Shown here piece by piece: positions 42,518 through 54,539 of a stretch of DNA of 64,000 nucleotides. The notes under the pieces were generated by a model, which saw nothing but the letters and a program-made list of their open reading frames with translations, had not been told where the DNA came from and searched no databases. The position numbers and the translations under genes were made by a program. Every line of letters starts with the position of its first letter. Within the stretch, counting starts at the first letter, position 1. Source of the DNA: Eledone cirrhosa (taxonomy: Eukaryota); contig OZ024740.1 in assembly GCA_964016885.1 (NCBI GenBank), positions 410,502,001-410,566,000 on the forward strand, given 5' to 3'.

Positions 42518-42820
42518 TCTACCATAGAACCACATTGGCATACGGGTGGATAATACATGTGTCCCTATATGCATTTTTTGCATGTAGGAAAACATACTTT
42601 ATTATTATTAATCTCCCCTGGTCGAGATAACATTTTGGTCGTTTTAACTGCTGCTATTTCTAGTGGCAGTACATTGACCTTTACGCCCCTGCCTTCTATC
42701 TTTACACACGGCACTAGACAATATTGTTTCTTCATCATACACTCTCATCCGGGAACAGTTCTGTATGGCACCAGTTCGTGATTTGAACTTGGGAATTTTA
42801 TATTCTCCGAGTGAGAAGAC

Positions 42821-42902
42821 CCCTCTGACGAAAGTCTTCTTCTCAATGGATTTCCGCATGGATTATCCATTTATTTTGAGACTTGAAACCACGCGGTAAG
42901 GG
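42821..42902 (+). ncRNA. Type-I hammerhead ribozyme, canonical core, extended stem II
   Basis: CCCU-CUGACGA-AAGUCU[..AAUGGAU..AUCCAUU..]AGACUU-GAA-ACC(ACGC)GGU-A-AGGG; predicted cleavage after A42898. Confidence 0.85.
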
Positions 42903-44610
42903 TAAATATAGTAGGTACAGTAAACTTGTTAAAATTTATTTTAAAACTTTTGCTCTATTTGCTAAACCTTGATTATATATATATATATATATAAATATAT
43001 ATGTACAATCCCACACACAGGCACAAACACCAACCCACACCCACACACCTCCACACACATATATATATATGCGCATATATATATATATTCAAATGTTCAC
43101 ATGGTTTCAGATTATTCAGACAGAAAATAGCCAAATCAGTAGTTTTGGCGCGGATATTTTTAATTGTTACATATAGAAGATTTTACTGTAGTTACATTTA
43201 GAAAGGTTTATCTATATTTCGTTGAAATTGGTGCTTCTCAAGATTCGTTAAATTTAAATATGGTGTTCATCGTCACCTCATCCCAGGTCAGGAAGAATTC
43301 AGGTCTTGCCTCGTGGATGAGCAGTAATACAAAGGATGAATATCGTTTGAATGGTGGACGATAGTAGTTAGTGCTATAATCGTAGTCTATGAGACATCTT
43401 TTATAAATATATAGAGGGAAATATGTTTGTACACCTTTAATAATTAGCACTTTGACAATATAAATACAGTGATACAGAGGGATACAAAAGCAGGCTCTAC
43501 TTATTTTTCAATGTTCAATTATGCTAACACGTTTTTACACTTCTTGTTCCTGTTAGTAAAACAGTAATTCTTGTTGGTATTGAATTATCAATAATTTTAC
43601 AAGTAACTCTTAGTCGACCGGCAAAGTGTATTATCAAGTTTATTGAATGCACGTATAGATTCTTTTTGAGACACCCTATTTCCTATTACACGTATATAAA
43701 TAGAAATAGAAGCTGTTATACTGCGGATTATGGAAGGTGTGATATAAAATAACTTACAGAGACTTAACTGTTCCTCTATGTCCAGGGAAGTTCACTTTTC
43801 TGAATGTCTAATGTCATCAAAGTCTGATATTTATTCGTATCTTAACCTCGTTATCTTTGCCCAACACATGAAGAATCGAGGTCATCCTTCAAGTAGGGCT
43901 TTACGCTAGTCATCTTTGCACTTAAATCATGAAACCACTGTCACGTAATAAACAATGAACAGCATAGTAATAGATATAATTCTACTAATAAAATAGAAGC
44001 AATCTTAACGACAATAATACCTTGATCATACCTCTGATCGACGAGGTCCGATGTTGCACTAAGTAAATAACACTGGGAAAAACACGAAGGAATTCGGCTA
44101 ATTTGGTCTAGCTTTTTTTAGTATACGTAGAAAACGTTTTAAACATAGATACACACAAGCAAAATATTTAAAGATCCAAAAAGTGGAACCTTTACACGAG
44201 AGCAAATGATTCTGTTTGCCAACTTTTTGAATCAGTTGCGTGCTGGTAGAACATTTCTGAAGTAATCAAACATTAATTTTGTCAATTATACCAACCGAAT
44301 GCAATGCTTTTAGATAATATAATTTTTATAATTGACAGTAAAATTCGATTAATACTATTTTCACAGATGTCATGAGAATGTTAACTCTCAAGGAAGTCTT
44401 GAAGGAAAACTTAAAAAAGAAGTATCATTGTAGAAGATTGTAAAAATAATAACATTGCCACAAAAACTAAACTTAAACTATAACTTTGTTAAGACGAATA
44501 TATATATTTAAAAGGAAATCCAATTATAATAAATTGTATTTCTGAACTTACGATGTACACACCTTTCATTTGTTAGTAACTACTATAATTCTTAAGCAAA
44601 AGAATACACA

Positions 44611-44709
<99 letters not shown>

Positions 44710-44974
44710 ACACACACACACACACATATATAAATATATATATATATATCAATAATATTAATAAATGGAAAATATCTTTATAAAACCATATTTATTTTAT
44801 TATACGTATTTCAAGGGTACTAATATTTAAGTACGCTTTCGTCAGATAAAATATAATAATTGGTGTTAAGATAGTGACATATCTTCATATGAACTTAATG
44901 GTATAAGACCAATGAGTTATATGGTTTGTTGAATAATCACAAACCATATAACTCATTGTTTATATATATATATA

Positions 44975-45348
44975 TTGGAATTTCGTATTTCTAAAGAAAT
45001 ACGGTATGTTTATAAATAAACATTTAGAAAGTCGTAGTTATGCAAACACCGGTGGCTATCACCACTAGGCGATAGCCAGGTAAGTAATCACCTCATTTAA
45101 TCACCTCATTTACACAGACGAGAAAACTATATATTATCGCCTGTTTTGAAAAGTCCAGCAGTTGCAAGAGTGGGAGGTATCGTCCTGATATTAGACCCAG
45201 TTCCGTTCGAAATGCATCGACAATTGTCCCTCTTGACCTGCTGGACACCTCCAGGTGGCGATAGCCGCCGATGTTTGTATAGCTATGGCTTTCTAAATGT
45301 TTATTTATAAACATACCGTATTTCTTTAGAAATACAAAATTCCAATAC
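44975..45348. mobile_element. Fold-back element (about 92-bp inverted ends) next to (TA)n, with an internal degenerate hammerhead at 45182-45221
   Basis: ttggaatttcgtatttctaaagaaatacggtatg...ggctatcaccac is inverted at 45254-45348; internal GUC-CUGAUAU...GAA-AUGCAU-C-GAC. Confidence 0.7.
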
Positions 45349-45396
45349 ATATCTGTATACAGCTATGCTCGAAGCTAAATTCTAATTATATTATAT

Positions 45397-45441
<45 letters not shown>

Positions 45442-45620
45442 GGAGGTGAGTTTTATTGTAGTACAATAAAGCAATGCAGATATCGGATAAGAAGCACTCT
45501 ACAGTTTGTAGGACTGGAGTATACATAATATATAAGATCAAAATATTATTGCATGATGATGTTTGTTTTTGAAATGCGCATAATAAAATACATGGAACTC
45601 CTTTAACCATCTTTTGATCT

Positions 45621-45691
<71 letters not shown>

Positions 45692-45768
45692 TGTGTGTGG
45701 GTGTGTGTGTGTGTCCCAAGTTCAATCGGGTGTAACCACAATGGGGAAGGTAATCAATACATAGCAGA

Positions 45769-45800
<32 letters not shown>

Positions 45801-45817
45801 TTGTGTGTGTGTGCATC

Positions 45818-45884
<67 letters not shown>

Positions 45885-46621
45885 ACTGCTACTTGAATGT
45901 ATGGTCGTAATCAATAAAGAAAGATCCCTTAAAATGTAATCAACTTGCTTCTGGGAAGAGGAGATTTATTTCTTTGACAATATTCTATGTGAAATTATAC
46001 TTTTACTTATTTCACGACTTTCAGTATTCACCATGCACATGCCGAAATGTGTTTTCTTACCAGTTTGGCCAACATCGTGACCAACTGTTCAAACTAAGAA
46101 TTCATCATGCTATAAGTTTGCAAAAGGCTTATATAATTTTATTGTGTAACAACAGGACTGAATATGAAATATTTCAATAGAATAAGTAGATTACGGATTA
46201 AACTGACGAACCTACTCTTTATGTAAATTCACCAATTTCGAAATGCTAGAATTCCGGTATGTTGTACATTCCATTCTAGGACAGGCATATTGTTTTGGTT
46301 TTAACACGAGGAACTATAATTCAACACTCCATAGTCGACCTGACGGAAGAGAATTTGTTGTTCATTTTTTTAAATATTATCAAACACGTTATCTTATGTG
46401 TCACGTTTTAGTTAAGAGTGTGGGCGTGATTTGAAGGTGTGGTTGATATTCCCTTAAAAATATCAGTTGTAATCAATTAGGATCCTCCCGATTAGAGATG
46501 TGATTTTCACGGGCTTAACTGTCTAGAAATCCAATTTGAATCACGACCTATACATGAATTATAACACAAAACAGCAAGACATTATCTTCAAGATGTATTT
46601 CTATTAAAATAAAAGTAATTT

Positions 46622-46805
46622 AATTGTTTCTACTTTAGGCACAAGGCCAGCAATTACCAGTGCATTACTGGTACTTTATTTTATCGACCCCGTAAGGATG
46701 AAAGGCAAAATCAACCTCGGCGGGATTTGAACTCAGATCGTAAACGGACGTAACTATGCTGGAAAGCATGGCGTCCGACCCTCTACCGATACTGCCAATC
46801 CACCG
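46622..46805 (-). mobile_element. SINE, full length
   Basis: Nearly identical to 19936-20113. Confidence 0.92.
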
Positions 46806-47557
46806 TGTTATGCAAATTTTCTCTAGATATCATCATATTAAATCATCAAATTTGTATAGGATATGATTGCATGAACAGACATTTGAAGCTGAATTATGTT
46901 ACGACACAACACACAAGCGGTTATGTATCCGCAATAAGAATGAGTTTCATATTTAAGAAAATTAATGATTTTATTATAAATTAGTCTTATAGAGGTAATA
47001 TGCAGTTAGTTAAAACGAGTTTTCTTAAAATTGAAACTCAAATACAATGTAAAAATTAACTTTAAATATTTAATGCAAACATGGTATTTAGATATTAGTG
47101 TAGAATAAGTAATAACGTGAGAACATTGTGAGAACGATGTATATATAGAAGGGAACCGAAAGAAAGCAGAAGTAGTGAAATTCAAAAGGCAGAAAAAATA
47201 TTTAGAAATATAAATTTTGCAGACTAAAAGGAAATAGAGAACGATAAAAATAAATAGAGAAATAAAGAAAAGGTAGTAAGATTTCACTGAAATATCAAAA
47301 ATATACTCTTTATTATATCTCAGTGAAAAAAAGAAAGTGTATGCATGGCGATTATATAAGAATCCAGTGGAATTGATAGCAAAAAATAAGCCAGGAATTT
47401 AAATGCAGAAGTGGAAATACGAATCTGAAGAGAAAGGTGAAGGAATTGAAAGTAGCATAATATAAGGAGGTGGAAGGGAAAGTAAAAGTTAGAGAGAGGA
47501 ACGATTATTGGATTATTAAATAAATGAAATAAAACGAAAATCTGGAAAATCTGGAAA

Positions 47558-47620
<63 letters not shown>

Positions 47621-47703
47621 GTTGTTATTCCTTGAAACTTAGTAATTGATGTTGGTTAACTGGAAAGTCCGTTGGAATGAATATCAAGCCACTACCTGCA
47701 GCC

Positions 47704-50700
47704 TCAGATATTCAGGACGTATCGGAGGGTTCTTGCTGTTCCAAGCAAGCATGCCTTTTGAAGCGTTCCAAAAAGCGTGAAGGGGCCGATTTTCTTTAAC
47801 CATCCCTGGAAACATTTGGAGATAGTCCCCAGTGCGCCTATGACAATCGGGATCACTTTGACTTCATGGCAGTTCCAAATCCTTTTCACCTCCCACTTTA
47901 GGTCCTGGTATCGGTTAATTTTCTCCCTCTCCTTCTCTTGCACTCTCGTGTCGAAAGGGCAGGCCACATCCACAATCAGACACGATCTTTTTTCTTTGTC
48001 CACAACCACCAGGTCAGGTCTATTGTGTTCCAGTTTTTTGTCCGTCTGTATCCTAAAATCCCACAGCACCTTCACCTGATTGTTCTCCATCACCGCCTCT
48101 GGCCTATGCTCATACCATTTCTCAGAATGTGGTAAATTGTTTACTTTGCACAGGTGCCAGTGGATCACCCTGCCCATCACATCGTGTCTCCAGCCCTTAT
48201 AGTGGGTCTGGGCTAGGTGTTTACACTCGGACACAATGTGAGCCACAGTCTCCTCTCTCTCTCCACAGATCCTGCACAGTGGGCTAGCCTCCTCCTAGTA
48301 AATATGGTGCTTCAACCACTTCGTTTTGAGGGCCTGCTCCTGCGCAGCCATTAGCATTCCTTCTGTAGCCTTTTTGAGGTCTCCTCTTCTCAACCAGTTC
48401 CATGTCTGTGGATCTCTAAATTCAGTTTTCTCAAAGAAGGTACTATGAAGGGATTTTCCCTTAAGGCTGCTCTTCCTCTTTGATATTATTTCCTCCTTGG
48501 ACATCCCCTGGCCTACTGTCCCCTCCTTCAGTACAGTTCTGAGCATTGGCTCCTTACTATAGGTCACGTATTTGTACAGGTTGTTTTTCTCCATCTGAAC
48601 ACAGTCCTCTATGCTGATAAGACCTCTTCCACCCTCAGATCTCCTTAGGTAGAGTCTATCGACATCACTCCTCTTGTGGAACATGTTGTAGATAGTCAAT
48701 AGCTTCCTAGTCTTCCTATCCATTTCTTTTTGTTCAGCAACATTCCATCTCAGAATTCCCGCACTGTACCTAATAATAGACACAGCTCGGGAATTTACTG
48801 CGCTTATGGCATTTCTGCTGTTCAGATGTGACTTCAATACGCTCCTTATTCTCCGAATGTATTCAGTTCTTAACAATTCCTTCATTTTTTTGTTCTTTAT
48901 GCCATCAGCCTCCAGAACGCCCAAATACTTGTATCCTTCCTCAGAGTCAATTTCCTTTATCATCTCACCTGTTGGTATCTGGATCCCGTTACTTCTGCTC
49001 AACCTACCCCTCCTCATCACAATGACTTCACATTTACTAATACCAAACTGCATACATATATCACTGCTGAAAATACGGACAGTGTCAACAAGCACATCCA
49101 ACTCCTTCTCACTTTTCCCGAAGAGCTTAAGATCGTCCATGAAGAGGAGGTGATTGATGGTAAGCTCTCCCTTTCCCAACTTGTATCCTGCTCTCACTTT
49201 TCGCAGCATAATGGTCAAGGGCATCAGGGCAAGGACAAACAACAGAGGGGACAGGCTATCTCCCTGGAAGATACCTCTCTTGATCTTCACGCTTCCCAAG
49301 GATACTCCAGTTGATGTCAACTCTGTATCCCAGGACCCCATACTCCTGCCCAGCAACTGTCTGATGTTATCTGCCACCCTGAAGATCTCCAGGCTTTTGG
49401 TGATCCAAGAATGAGGCACCATGTCAAATGCCTTTCTGTAGTCTATCCATCCCATGGCAAGATCAGTGTGTCTCCTCCTGCAATTCCCCATTACCATCTT
49501 ATCAATAAGTAACTGGTCCTTTGAACCACGTGACTTCTTTCGGCATCCTTTCTGTTCGTCCGGTAACAAGTTGTTTGTGTGGAGGTGATGGTAGATTTCG
49601 TCAGACACAATGCTCGTCAACAGTTTCCACATTACGGACAGACATGTGATAGGTCTATAGTTGGTAACATCATTACCCTTGATTCGGTCTTTCATTATCA
49701 GAACTGTGGTACCTTTTGTCAACCACTGTGGCACCTCACCCGACACCAAGCAGTCATTGAACATGGCCGTCAGCTTCGGGTGGAGGGATGTTAAATTTTT
49801 AATCCAATACCCCTGCACACCATCTGGGCCTGGTGATTTCCAGTTGGTTAGTTTTTTGGCCTGCCCCTTAAGAGTTTCAACTGTGATACTCAAATCAGTT
49901 TGTTGGTGTGCCTGCTCACCGATCTCCCTCTGTACCATCTCAATCCACCCTGCCTGGACATTATGTCTAACATCCTGCTCCCATATTCCTCTCCAGAATG
50001 TTTTAGTTTGCTCCGCCCCAGGGATCAAGTCGTTGCCTCTTTCTTTCCCCTCAAGCTGTCCAAACATCATCTTCTGGTTGTTGTCGAACATGCGGTTTTG
50101 TTTATACTGACTGACTCTGTTCTCGTATCGCCTGATTTTTGCACTCTTTGCTACAATGCGTTGCTTCAGTTCCTCTATGATAATATTTAGCTTTTTCCTC
50201 CTAGTTTTGTACTTTATTTCCAGTCTATTTTTAGTGCCTATGTTTTTTAGTGTCCCATTCAGTAGTGACTCAAGCTTTCCTATGTCATTTCTCATTTCCC
50301 CGATTTGACCACTCAGTCGTTTCTTCCACCACGGCTCTGCTCTTTCTTGTCTGTTGTTTCCTCTCGCTTTTATACCAAGTAGTTTCCTCACCGTATTTGC
50401 TGTTGCTTTGAGGATATTATTGCACTGGTGAAGGCTCCTCGCCTCAAGGTATGGGATGACTTTGTTTACCTTAGCTGTTGTTTCTTTTAACTTTTTCCTG
50501 TCTACAAATCTTAGGTTCATAGGTCTCCCACTATCATTGTTCAATTCATCTACCACTAAATTTAGGATGTCAACCGAATCTTGTCCTAGCCCGTCAGGAT
50601 TCATCTCCTCAGTGGCCGTATCTCTGTTCCAGGTATTATTTATCTCAGTATTCAGATCATTGTCTGCTTCGGGTGGTTCCTCCGTTCTCAGGACCTCTTC

Positions 50701-51096
50701 ACCTTCATTTCCCACTGGCTCGCTTGTCTGGCATACTACACCCGCCATCTCCAAGCCATTCTCTCTGCTCAGTTCCTCCAGTTCCAGCTCGCTTATCCAC
50801 CCATTAGTTCTTATTACCCGAGCCTGCCCGGCCAATTTTTGTTCATCTAATTTAAATAGACCAATCTCGTTCCAGATGTTATGCATCCGTCTCCTGTAGC
50901 CCCTCTCCTTGGGGTCACTTTTCAGGTAACATTGCATAACAGTTCTATTCAATTCTTTCGTCCAGTTGGTTCTGGCCCCTTTCCTTCTTCTTCTTCCTCC
51001 AACATCAGCAGTATTTGGTTGACAGTCAGGTTCCTGTTGCTGAGCCAGGGGGCACCTGTTGGGTGAGAGTCTGTCACATGACGTTCTAGTCTCCAT
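47704..51096 (-). pseudogene. R4/Dong-type ORF with one in-frame TAG at 48295-48297
   Basis: NYRPITCL, WIDYRKAFD, GIFQGDSLSP, LFMDD, YKYLG; after the stop, CRICG..ETVAHIVSEC, RHD, RPDLVV..IVDVACP, K..RY. Confidence 0.95.
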
Positions 51097-51804
51097 TTCA
51101 CCGTTATTCGAACTGTTTATGTTCGATATTTAAACACTCTTATCGAGGATTGGCGAATGTATGGTTACATAGCCATCTGTGGATTCGCCGTTCCACTTGG
51201 CCCTTGTGTGGCATTATCACCACGCTGTATACGAACACACATAAAGAAACAAACACACAGGCAGAAAGGGCCCCAAAAATGAATAAGCATAAGTTTCATT
51301 GTAATGTAGTGTTCGAATGTCTGACTTAGTTTTTGTTTTTTTAGTTTTAGTTTTTCCCCCTCTTCTCTGTCCGTCCGCCTGCTTCTCTCTTCATTCTTAT
51401 TTTCTTTACGTTTTTTGTTTTTTTTTTGTTTTTGTTTTTCTCTGTTTGTTTTTCTCGTTTTTTGCTGTTGTTACTGTGCTGCTTTGGTTTTGTTGTTTGT
51501 TTTTTCTTTTTTCTTTTGAGTCTATCTATATATTTTTTGATGCCTTCCTCTTTTTTAGTAGTAGGAATTCTATAATGTGGTGGCAGCAGCCAGCTTGGTG
51601 AAGTGGGTGACTGGCGGCGGTAGCGATACTGAGACAGTGGTGGTGGTGATGTCGATACCGAGGCAGTGGTGGTCAGTGAAGGAGTGAAGAGTGGTGGCGG
51701 CGGTGATGAGATAGTGGTGGTAATGATGGCAGTAGTGAGCGGTGGTGGTGAAATTGCCGTTATCTGGCTGTTGTGTTTAGTGTACACAGGTGATGAGGTG
51801 GGTG

Positions 51805-51896
51805 GTGTATCTAGTTTCTGGTGTTGGTGAGTTTGGCTGTTCTATATAGTGTATCTAGTTTCTGGTGTTGGTGAGTTTGGCTGTTCTATATAGTGT
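51805..51896. repeat. 44-bp exact tandem duplication in the LINE 5' leader
   Basis: gtgtatctagtttctggtgttggtgagtttggctgttctatata x2. Confidence 0.95.
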
Positions 51897-52162
51897 AGAC
51901 AGAGGAGAGGAGGGGGGGTTCTTCTTCCATTTATAGCCATTTTCTTTTTTGGATATACAGTGTACAATACAAAGTTGAATATTTGAATATTTGAGCCTTA
52001 TAACAATATATTTTGGGTCCGAATTTTTTGGGGCTCAAGCCGGGTGCTTTACGTAGCATTTGTACTAAGAGTTGTTATTTCACAAATGATTTAAATATGT
52101 TAAAAATTCAAAACTTACGGGAGCGATTTCATGACCTCCGCCACCTCGTGCGTCTACTTCCC

Positions 52163-52214
<52 letters not shown>

Positions 52215-52429
52215 GAATGCCATGGTTGACGGAGGCTCGGCTCTGTAAGGTATAGTAATTTTTAACCGTTAAAACAATTGTAAATTGTTTAAAACTTGAA
52301 CCAAATTGTTGATAAAGACACCCTCCTCCTCGTGAGAGGGGTCTTTCTGTCCGTTATTTGGCCCTTCGGGGTTAAATAACCAGTTATTGGGGTTTTGTAC
52401 CCAAAATTTCATTTTAAACAAAAAACAAC

Positions 52430-54504
52430 ATGGCTACGAAAAAGAAATTTCATACGTCACTCCCACTCATTCCGTCTTCTTCTTCCTCAATCATCACTAC
52501 AGCAGAGAGAAGATTGTCTCTCTCCCTCTCTTCTTTAAATGTGTCTCTCTCCCTCCCTTCTCTTTCGCAAGTGACGAAAGAAAAGAAAAGTCTCGTGCAA
52601 AGCGTGCAAGGTTTCTCCACGACGACGACGACAGCGACGAAACAGGTGTGCGGGAAATACGAAAACCCAGTTCATTCGTCTGACGTCAGGAATAATAGCA
52701 GTAGCAGCCGTAATAACAACAGCAACAGTGACAATGAAAACAACAGTAGCAGCCGCAACAGCATCACCAGCAGCATAAACAACAACAGCATTAGTAGCAG
52801 CAACACCAACAACAACCACAGCAACAGCGGCGGAGGCAGTAGTCGTAGTACCTGCAGCAACAACAAAAGTACCAGCAGCTCTGACGACAACAACAACAAT
52901 AGCAGCAAAGAAAAACCAATCTCATTTGCAGGCATTGCGAAAAACTTGGAAACAATCCTCATAACAAATGAGGAATTAGAGGAAGCGAAGAAGATGGTGA
53001 CAAAGAATGGACACCGAGCAATCTGCAAGGCAGCGGAAAAGTTTTTCGAAACCCAACAGCACTGTACGGTCACGTACCGTACAGTAAGTACAAAATCCCG
53101 TAGGGTGGAAAGAGCCACAGAGGCTCAGATACAAAAAGCCTTGGGGTCTGTGTGGCAGCGGAAAACGCACATCACCCGAGGCAAAAAATATGCCACCGTA
53201 GACGTACTTTTTGCCACACCCCAGGAGGCAAAGGCCCAATCAGTAGTGACCCTAAGGAGCGAGGAAATGGTGTTGGTGCCCTCCTACTGCGGGCAAAAAT
53301 TGTGAGGGTCAAACTGACCCACGTCCCCCCCGGAATGGCCCCTTCTTGGCTGGCTGCGTCTGTCCTCGTCGGAATCGAGGACAAAACAACTGTACTGCAA
53401 GTACAGAAAAAAGTAAGAGAAGATTGGGTAGGCACCTCCATTGAGATGCTAATCCAAACCAACCAGGAGTGCATCGAAGCTATCCCGGATGTGATAGACT
53501 TCGATAACGGCACTCAACTGCCCATAAGTGTTGAGGGCAAACGCCCGAAATGCTTTCGCTGTGGATCGAAGACTCACCTCAGGGCCTTCTGCAACGAGAA
53601 GACCCTGAGAAAGGAGAAAACCCCCCTCCTTCCGAATCCGGATCCACGGCTACCAGCAACAGGACAAGCGGCAACCAGGAACGATAGGTCCGTGGCACCC
53701 ATACCCACTCCACGGAAATCAAAAACAGCAGCAGCAGTGGAAATATTAACAACAACAACAGCAATACCAAATGCAGCTGCAACAGAGACTCCAGTGCAAA
53801 CATCACCAACAACAACAAGCGACCTCACAGAATCAGACATGGAGTGTGAGGTGGGAGAGGGATGGCAAAAGGTCGCAAGAAGGCACAAACGCAGAAGCAG
53901 CGCATCGTCGCCTTTGAAAAGGGAGGAAAGAAATTAGAAAAGGGTAAAGTCTACTGCAAAGAGACCCACAGCAGCAACACCACCAACACCATCACCACCC
54001 ACACTAGCACCACCATCACCACCGGCGACAACCCCACCGCCAACAACACCTTCAACACCACCACCACAAGCACCAACATCGCAAACACAACAACAAAACA
54101 CACACACCCAGCAACAACGACAAGAAAATAGCAGAACCACACCCCACCCCCAGAAAAACAAATGCACGGCAATAAATACACACAACAAGAAACTAATGAC
54201 TTACATAATTGAACACACAGACATTTCACAACAGGACTACATAATACCAGCACCAATCAAAACGCCAACTAACATAAGACTGCTAAAAATAGCACAGAAA
54301 CAATACACAAACATTAAAACGAAATTCCCCAACGCAGTTGGTGATTTCAGGGACATAGGTGGAACCATCAATCGAAGAGTATATTCAGACATTCTCTTAA
54401 AAGAGCCGACGACCAGCCGAAGGGACGATTCAACGGTCCCTTCACCAGACGATCAAGTGAAAAGGGATGTAAAAACCATCCCTCCTCTACCAAAAGTACG
54501 GTAA
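52430..54504 (+). pseudogene. Tx1-type ORF1 (gag-like, CCHC knuckle), frameshifted
   Basis: Overlapping frames 52430-53305, 53152-53937 (CFRCGSKTHLRAFC), 53862-54131 and 54196-54504; first break at the A-run near 53295. Confidence 0.8.
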
Positions 54505-54539
54505 GTGGTTTTTCCCATCTTTTCCACTCTATTTTAAAC

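Larger units (their letters stand above)
47630..52162 (-). mobile_element. Apparently full-length R4/Dong-type non-LTR retrotransposon (RT + CCHC + restriction-like endonuclease) inserted in (TAA)n
   Basis: Flanked by (TTA)n at 47558-47629 and 52163-52214; single long ORF; (TAA)n is the established Dong target. Confidence 0.92.

Noticed and set aside
53290-53305. Programmed -1 frameshift in Tx1 ORF1
   Set aside because: No canonical XXXYYYZ heptamer, and other disablements exist; a 1-bp loss in an A-run is simpler
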